In this document: piece by piece, positions 26,823 through 32,000 of the stretch
Position numbering within the stretch: the stretch's first letter is position 1
How the letters are laid out: the number at the start of each line of letters is the position of its first letter
Source of the DNA: Archaeoglobus fulgidus DSM 4304
Lineage (GTDB): Archaea; Halobacteriota; Archaeoglobi; Archaeoglobales; Archaeoglobaceae
Assembly (NCBI RefSeq): GCF_000008665.1
Contig: NC_000917.1
Location: forward strand, 1,500,001 to 1,532,000
DNA length: 32,000 nucleotides
Direction of reading: 5' to 3'
Program-made: the position numbers and the translations under genes
Notes under the pieces: model-generated
Seen by the model: only the letters and a program-made list of their open reading frames with translations
Told to the model about the DNA's origin: nothing
The model's database searches: none

Positions 26823-26846
26823 TGTAGTATCCCTAAATTATTTCAC
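26823..26846 (+). repeat. Left terminal inverted repeat of the IS
   Basis: I aligned it by eye to the reverse complement of 27762-27785 (19/24 identical, and both begin TGT). Confidence 0.6.
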
Positions 26847-26865
26847 TACTAAACACCCACTTCAT

Positions 26866-27765
26866 GTGAGAAAACTAACGAACAAAAAGATCAGGTGGAT
26901 AATCAGACAGCTTGACAAGGGAGCTCCAGTAAAGGAAATAGCCGCTGTGATGAGAGTTACACCAAGAAGAATCTACCAGCTTAAAAAACAATATGAGGAA
27001 ACTGGCCAGATTCCAGAACTGAAACAACCGGGAAGAAAGCCCAAGGAAATAGACGAGGAAACAGAGCAAATCATCCTGCAAGCTTACAACAAATACAGAC
27101 TCAGCCCAGTACCTCTTGAAAAGCTGATAGAAAGGGATTACGGCATCCACATCTCCCATAATACAATCTACAAAGTTTTACTCAAACACGGTTTGGTGGA
27201 GGAGAACATGAGCAAGAAGAAACGAAGGAAATGGGTTAGGTACGAAAGAACCCACTCAATGTCTTTATGGCAGGGAGACTGGAAGAGGCTTGGAGAGAAA
27301 TGGATTATAGCCTTCATGGATGATGCTTCCCGCTTTATTACTTGTTACGGAGTCTTCGATTCAGCTACGACTGAGAACACGATTAGAGTCCTGAAAGTGG
27401 GATTCAGGGAGTATGGCATTCCGGATGAGATCCTCACAGATCACGGAACTCAGTTTGTTGCAGCTAAAAGCAGAGAGAAGGCCAAGCATAGATTCAGGGA
27501 GTTTTTGGCCGAGAATGGAGTAAGGCATGTTCTTGCCAGAATAAACCATCCACAAACGAATGGAAAGATAGAGAGGTTCTTTGGTTTGATGGAGCAGAAG
27601 ATCCATCTGTTTGATTCTTTGGATGAGTTCATTTATTGGTACAATTACGTTAAGCCTCACATGAGCCTGAATTTCGACGAATTGGAGACTCCCTATCAGG
27701 CCTTTTTGAGGAAGCTACCTGCTGAAAGGGTGTTTGAGTACGGGAGGTGGTTGTTTGAGGAGTGA
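26866..27765 (+). CDS. IS transposase (N-terminal HTH, integrase-core DDE domain)
   Basis: 299 aa with WQGDWKRL, LTDHGTQF and HPQTNGKIERFF, the D, D and E regions of the rve fold. It uses a GTG start. Confidence 0.85.
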   Translation: MRKLTNKKIRWIIRQLDKGAPVKEIAAVMRVTPRRIYQLKKQYEETGQIPELKQPGRKPKEIDEETEQIILQAYNKYRLSPVPLEKLIERDYGIHISHNTIYKVLLKHGLVEENMSKKKRRKWVRYERTHSMSLWQGDWKRLGEKWIIAFMDDASRFITCYGVFDSATTENTIRVLKVGFREYGIPDEILTDHGTQFVAAKSREKAKHRFREFLAENGVRHVLARINHPQTNGKIERFFGLMEQKIHLFDSLDEFIYWYNYVKPHMSLNFDELETPYQAFLRKLPAERVFEYGRWLFEE

Positions 27766-27785
27766 AATTAATTCGGGATATCACA
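27762..27785 (-). repeat. Right terminal inverted repeat of the IS
   Basis: It contains the transposase stop codon (27763-27765). It also supplies the last five codons and the stop of the minus-strand hydrolase ORF. Confidence 0.6.
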
Positions 27786-28466
27786 TTTGGGAATCAGCGA
27801 GGCAATTTCCCTACCTAAGGCGGGTGGTGTTGTTACATCAAACTCAGCTGTGATTACCAGAGTTGGGACTTCTATTTTGGGAAGCAAGTCTTCGTAGTTT
27901 ATCCTTCCCAGTTCGGCTGTCACCTTTGTGTAAAACTCCTTGTTGTTCTTTCTGATTATAGTTTTCACCAGCTCTTTCAGCTCAGGCCTGTCTTGGTGTA
28001 TGGACATTTCCGCTATGAATTCCGCAATTTGGGTCATGTCGGGTGAGCTTTCCAGCAGCTTCAATCTCTGCTCAAACATAGCCCTTCCTGCATCTGGGAG
28101 CTTGTGGAGGGTGTTTGCCAGAACGAGAGACTTCACCATCTCCGGATACTGCCTGTAGAACTCCATGCAGACAACTCCACCCATTGAGAGGCCGAGGAGG
28201 TTTGCCCTCTCAATTCCAAGGTGGTCTATGAGGTTTTTCACGTCTCTGGCGAAGTCCTCTACGGAAATGCTTTCAGGCACGTCTGACATTCCGAATCCTC
28301 TCAAATCGAGCGCAACAACTCTGAAGTGCTTGGAGAAGTCGTCATACTGAAAAGTCCACCCCTCTATGCAGTCCCCAAGTCCGTGGATTAAGATTAAGGG
28401 CTCCCCCTCGCCGCACTCGAAGTAGCGAAGCTTCAAACCATCCGAGTCGAAAAAGCCGAATCTCAT
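27768..28466 (-). pseudogene. Alpha/beta-fold hydrolase (MhpC/BphD-like) truncated at its C-terminus by the IS
   Basis: HGLGD and the nucleophile elbow GLSMGG are present, as is an acid candidate in AEFDVTTPP. The reading frame runs into the IS right end after ...ASLIPK and terminates as CDIPN-stop, so the usual C-terminal GH...E.P segment is absent. I prefer the ATG at 28466 because a TATA-like TTTTTAAATA (minus strand, about 28486-28495) covers the GTG at 28484. Confidence 0.65.
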
Positions 28467-28585
28467 AGCCTGAATTTTCTTCACTATTTAAAAAGCCAAT
28501 TACTTTTTTGTTTATCTATGCCTGTAACCTCTGGAGACAGCTGAAATGTCTATTTAAGCAAAAAAACAGAATATCAAGTCCTAAC

Positions 28586-29245
28586 TCATTTCAACGCCCT
28601 CAACATCCTCCAAACTTCATTCCTCTCAACAAAAATCCAGTACTTCTTCAACTCTCTCTCTGCCTCCTCGTATTCAGGATAGTAGAAGCCAACTGTTTCC
28701 CAGAAAAGCCTGCTGTGTTTTGGCTCAAGGAGATGAACAAGCTCGTGAACCACAATGTACTCTCTCAGCTTCTCTGGCAGAGCGAGAGATGCGAGGTTGA
28801 AGCTGAGGTTGCCCTTTGAGGAGCAGCTCGCCCACTTTGTCTTCTGCATCTTGATGAAGATTCTGCCGTAGTTTATGCCCAGAAGCCTTGAGTAAAAGGA
28901 GACATTTCTTTTCAGCTCCTCTCTCAAAATGCTGGCAAGATTCCTCTTCAGGTTCCTGAGGCTGTAATACTTAACCACTCCAACCTCCTCCCCCTCTTTG
29001 ATCTCGAAGCCCGAATCCTTAACGAGGTGGTAGAACTTTCCGTTAAGCAAAAGCATTCTCTCCTTACCTTTAATCTCCTCAGCCAGGCTCTCGATTTCAG
29101 CCCTCTTTTTCTTTATCCAATCAGCATGCTTGCTGATGAAGGAATCAACATCGAAATCTGGAGGAGCGACAACCCTAACCTTTCCATCTGCAAGAACCTG
29201 AATCCTCACATTCCTGACGTTTTTCCTCTCAACAACTACGTTCAT
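28586..29245 (-). CDS. YgjP-like (DUF45/M48-superfamily) zinc metallohydrolase
   Basis: 219 aa with WASCSSKGNLSFN and the HExxH motif in VVHELVHLLEPKHSRLFW. Its ATG overlaps the hsdR stop (ATGA). Confidence 0.8.
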   Translation of the reverse strand: MNVVVERKNVRNVRIQVLADGKVRVVAPPDFDVDSFISKHADWIKKKRAEIESLAEEIKGKERMLLLNGKFYHLVKDSGFEIKEGEEVGVVKYYSLRNLKRNLASILREELKRNVSFYSRLLGINYGRIFIKMQKTKWASCSSKGNLSFNLASLALPEKLREYIVVHELVHLLEPKHSRLFWETVGFYYPEYEEAERELKKYWIFVERNEVWRMLRALK

Positions 29246-32000
29246 GCCCCAATCTCCTCTCTCTCAGCCTGCCTTTTCAGGAATTTAACGATTTCATCCC
29301 TTGCAGTTTTAACATCCTTGAACCCGCCTCTCTCAATAAGGTAAAGCAAAACCTCCCTCTCAATTTCCTGCACAACTTCGCTCTTCTCATACCACTTCGG
29401 AAAGGTTCTCGCCTTAACAATGTCCATGATTGCCTTGGTTGCATCAACCAGCTCTCTCTCATTCGCTGCTGTTGCATGGGATTTCAGAAGTTTGAAAACG
29501 CCATATTCCTTTTCACTCAGCCTGAGCCTCTCCCTCTCCTTCCTCTCTTCATTAACTTTCTCTGCCAGTGAGAGAACTTCCCTATACACCTCATCAGCAT
29601 CTCTCCTCCTCTCGTTCCAGTCTTTAACGATCCTCTCAACTCTCGCAATCAGGTCCTCATCTCCCACTTTCCTCGCATAATTTCTTACCGGAAACAGAAT
29701 GTCGTAAATTCTTCTCTTCTCCTTCTTCTTCACTCTTTCAAGAAACTCATCGTTTATCTCAATGATGGGATAATCCTTCTTTATTCTCTGAACGTCAATG
29801 GTTTCGTGGATGAACTTCAAGGCTTCTCTGTAGAACTGATCCCTTTTCTGCTCAATCTCTGCCTCAAGCTGGTTCTCCCTCTGCAGATAGACGTGATAGA
29901 CCTCGCTGAGAAGGTCAAACTTCTCCTTGAACTCAATCCTGTCTTCGAGCAGAAGCCTGTAAAGGTTCCTTATTTCGGAATAAAGCTTTCTGAACTCGTC
30001 AGCTCTGGCAGAAATAACGAGAACGGCTCTATCAATCGTATCCCTGTCGTAGCTCAGCTCAAAATCGAAAAATCTGAAGGCTTCATCCAATTTTTTCCTT
30101 AACTCCTCCTTAAGCTCCTCTAATTCGTACGCTGCCCCCCTGATGTCCTCCTCCTCATACATCTCGAAGGCCTTCTTCAGAAACTTGAAGACTCCAACGT
30201 AATCAACAACCAGCCCAGCTCCCTTGAGGTTCTCCCCATCCTTAACAAAAGGCCTGTTGGTTCTCGCTATCGCCTGCAGCAATCTGTGCTCCTTTAATGG
30301 CTTGTCGAGGTAGAGGGTTTGCAGGATTGGAGCATCAAAGCCAGTGAGGAGCATATCCGTTACAATGAGTATTTTGGGATTCTCGTACTTTTTGAACCTC
30401 GTTATAATTTCCTCGTGAATCTCTTTTAGCTCGCTTTTGCCGTATTTTTTCCTCAACTTTTCCAGATAGTCCAGCAGTTCCTTTGAATCGTTCTGCTGGA
30501 AGGTCATCACGATTTCGGTTTCGTTTTCATTCAGGAATTTGTCCAAAGCCTGCTTGTAGTAAAGGCACGCGTTTCTGCTGACGGCAACAACCATCGCCTT
30601 GAATGGTTTAACGAATTGGATGTAGTGGCTCGCTATATCCCTCGCTATCCTCTCAATCCTCTTCTTGTCCTCCAGAATAACTTTAACCTTGTTCAGCCTC
30701 CTCTTCAGGTCCTGCTCCACCTTCTCTCTATACTCCTCAGGAATCTCCTCAAGCTTTGAGGAGAGGAAGATTTCCAGATTTTCCCTATCAAGGTGGACCT
30801 CATCGAGCCTCGACTGGAAGGCAATCTTAACGGTATAGCCATCATCTATGGAGTCGAGGATGAAGTAGCGGTCGAGGTATGGCTCGTCTGGATAGCCAAA
30901 GGCAAGGTAGGTATCTCTCCCCTTCTTTGCTATCGGCGTTCCGGTGAAGGCGAAGAAGCTTGCATTCTTCAGTATGCTCCTCATGCTTGCCGCAAGTTCC
31001 CCATATTGCGTGCGATGCCCCTCATCGATCAAGCAAACTACATCTCTCCTCTTCGCTATGCTCCAGTGCTGCTTCTCCATCTGCTCCCTCAGCTTCGCAA
31101 GCTCCTCCTCCCTGAACTTGTGTATGAGGGTTATGAAGAATCCCCGCTTGCCATCAGCATGGCTTAGAACCTCCTTGAGATGGTCAATACTCTCTATCAA
31201 CTCATAGCTTATTTTGAGGTTTTTCAGCTCATCTGAAAGCTGCTTCTGCAGCTCAACTCTATCAACTACGAAGAAGATTGAGGGATTTCCGATGAGGTCC
31301 CTTATCTTGAGGGCTGAGAAAATCATGGTCAGCGTTTTGCCCGTTCCCTGCCAGTGCCAGATTAGGCCTTTGTTCCTCTCCTCAAAGCCCTTAGCCCAGC
31401 CAACTGCCCTCTCAACGATGGAGTTAACTGCTCTGTACTGCATGTATCTCGGCAGAACCTTTGTTATCTCCCCATCCTGCTCTCTGTAAATGGTGAAGTA
31501 GCGGATGAGGTCCAAGAAAATCTCAGGCTTCAGGATGTCGAACTGAGGTTTCCACTCGTAAACCGGAACGCTCTCCTCCCACCTCACGATGGGAAAGTAA
31601 ACGAGCCTGTCAGCGAAGCTGAAACCAATCTGAACATACTTGAAAAGCTCTGGGGCTGATTGCTCATACCTCTTTATCTGAGCATAGCCTTCCTTCCAGC
31701 TTTTGGCCATCTTCTTGCACTCAATGATGGCGAGGGGGATGCCGTTAACAAAGAGGGTGATGTCCGGGATGATGTCGGCGAAGCTAACCTGCCTTGAGAA
31801 GACGAGGCTGTTGGCTTCAGGGTTTGCGTAATCTATCAGCTTTATGGTCTTAAGGATGCCTTCTGAATCCTTTATTGTTACTCCCTTCTTTATCGCATCC
31901 AGAATTTGCATTGAGCCCTCAACGTCAAAGGAGCGGGTTTCGAGGTAGTTCAAAACCTCCTTGATATCCTCATCATCCACATCGTTCAGCCTTTTTAATG
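29242..32000 (-). CDS. hsdR: Type I restriction enzyme R subunit (HsdR); the N-terminus probably lies beyond the window end
   Basis: It has a PD-(D/E)xK nuclease region (IIPDITLFVNGIPLAIIECKK), helicase motif I WHWQGTGKTLTM, motif II LIDEGHRTQ and TDMLLTGFDAP. The frame stays open to base 32000. Confidence 0.9.
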   Translation of the reverse strand, partial: LKRLNDVDDEDIKEVLNYLETRSFDVEGSMQILDAIKKGVTIKDSEGILKTIKLIDYANPEANSLVFSRQVSFADIIPDITLFVNGIPLAIIECKKMAKSWKEGYAQIKRYEQSAPELFKYVQIGFSFADRLVYFPIVRWEESVPVYEWKPQFDILKPEIFLDLIRYFTIYREQDGEITKVLPRYMQYRAVNSIVERAVGWAKGFEERNKGLIWHWQGTGKTLTMIFSALKIRDLIGNPSIFFVVDRVELQKQLSDELKNLKISYELIESIDHLKEVLSHADGKRGFFITLIHKFREEELAKLREQMEKQHWSIAKRRDVVCLIDEGHRTQYGELAASMRSILKNASFFAFTGTPIAKKGRDTYLAFGYPDEPYLDRYFILDSIDDGYTVKIAFQSRLDEVHLDRENLEIFLSSKLEEIPEEYREKVEQDLKRRLNKVKVILEDKKRIERIARDIASHYIQFVKPFKAMVVAVSRNACLYYKQALDKFLNENETEIVMTFQQNDSKELLDYLEKLRKKYGKSELKEIHEEIITRFKKYENPKILIVTDMLLTGFDAPILQTLYLDKPLKEHRLLQAIARTNRPFVKDGENLKGAGLVVDYVGVFKFLKKAFEMYEEEDIRGAAYELEELKEELRKKLDEAFRFFDFELSYDRDTIDRAVLVISARADEFRKLYSEIRNLYRLLLEDRIEFKEKFDLLSEVYHVYLQRENQLEAEIEQKRDQFYREALKFIHETIDVQRIKKDYPIIEINDEFLERVKKKEKRRIYDILFPVRNYARKVGDEDLIARVERIVKDWNERRRDADEVYREVLSLAEKVNEERKERERLRLSEKEYGVFKLLKSHATAANERELVDATKAIMDIVKARTFPKWYEKSEVVQEIEREVLLYLIERGGFKDVKTARDEIVKFLKRQAEREEIGA

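Larger units (their letters stand above)
26823..27785 (+). mobile_element. 963-bp insertion sequence with a single HTH+rve (DDE) transposase, IS481-like architecture; the length matches the Archaeoglobus element named ISA0963 (from memory)
   Basis: The imperfect terminal inverted repeats TGTAGTATCCCTAAATTATTTCAC (26823-26846) and reverse-complement TGTGATATCCCGAATTAATTTCAC (27762-27785) match at 19 of 24 positions and bracket the transposase ORF. Confidence 0.8.

Noticed and set aside
29420-30102. Plus-strand ORFs of 86-98 aa rich in Ser/Leu opposite hsdR
   Set aside because: They are antisense shadows of a Glu/Lys/Arg-rich helicase C-terminal region. Their composition is low-complexity with no motifs.
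1-32000. CRISPR arrays, rRNA and tRNA genes
   Set aside because: I saw no regularly spaced direct repeats, no long non-coding GC-rich structured stretch, and no intergenic gap larger than about 195 bp that is unexplained.

Overview
Dense archaeal chromosome, about 40 genes with many 1-20 nt overlaps. The gene content points to an Archaeoglobus-type sulfate reducer: the AprA C-terminus, sn-glycerol-1-phosphate dehydrogenase, a Sir2 deacetylase starting MDEKLLKTIAESKYLVALTGAGVSAESGIPTFRG, a four-subunit pyruvate:ferredoxin oxidoreductase, and a 963-bp IS. Housekeeping genes include paaK-like, egsA, cobB/sir2, truD, nth, purM, trpS, panE, porGDAB and an mqnA/D-like gene. Between them sit many small accessory modules: two RHH/VapB-PIN pairs, a minimal nucleotidyltransferase with a decayed HEPN partner, an IS that truncates an alpha/beta hydrolase, and a Type I hsdR coupled to a ygjP-like metallopeptidase. 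The best candidate for an undescribed system is an AT-rich two-gene cassette on the minus strand (about 9070-10210). It encodes a DUF5343-like protein whose stop lies 1 nt from the start of a protein with a clean Rx4H HEPN motif (KRNECAH), and it is divergent from a VapBC pair. I found no rRNA, tRNA or CRISPR array. All family assignments come from reading motifs in the supplied translations and from memory; no searches were run.
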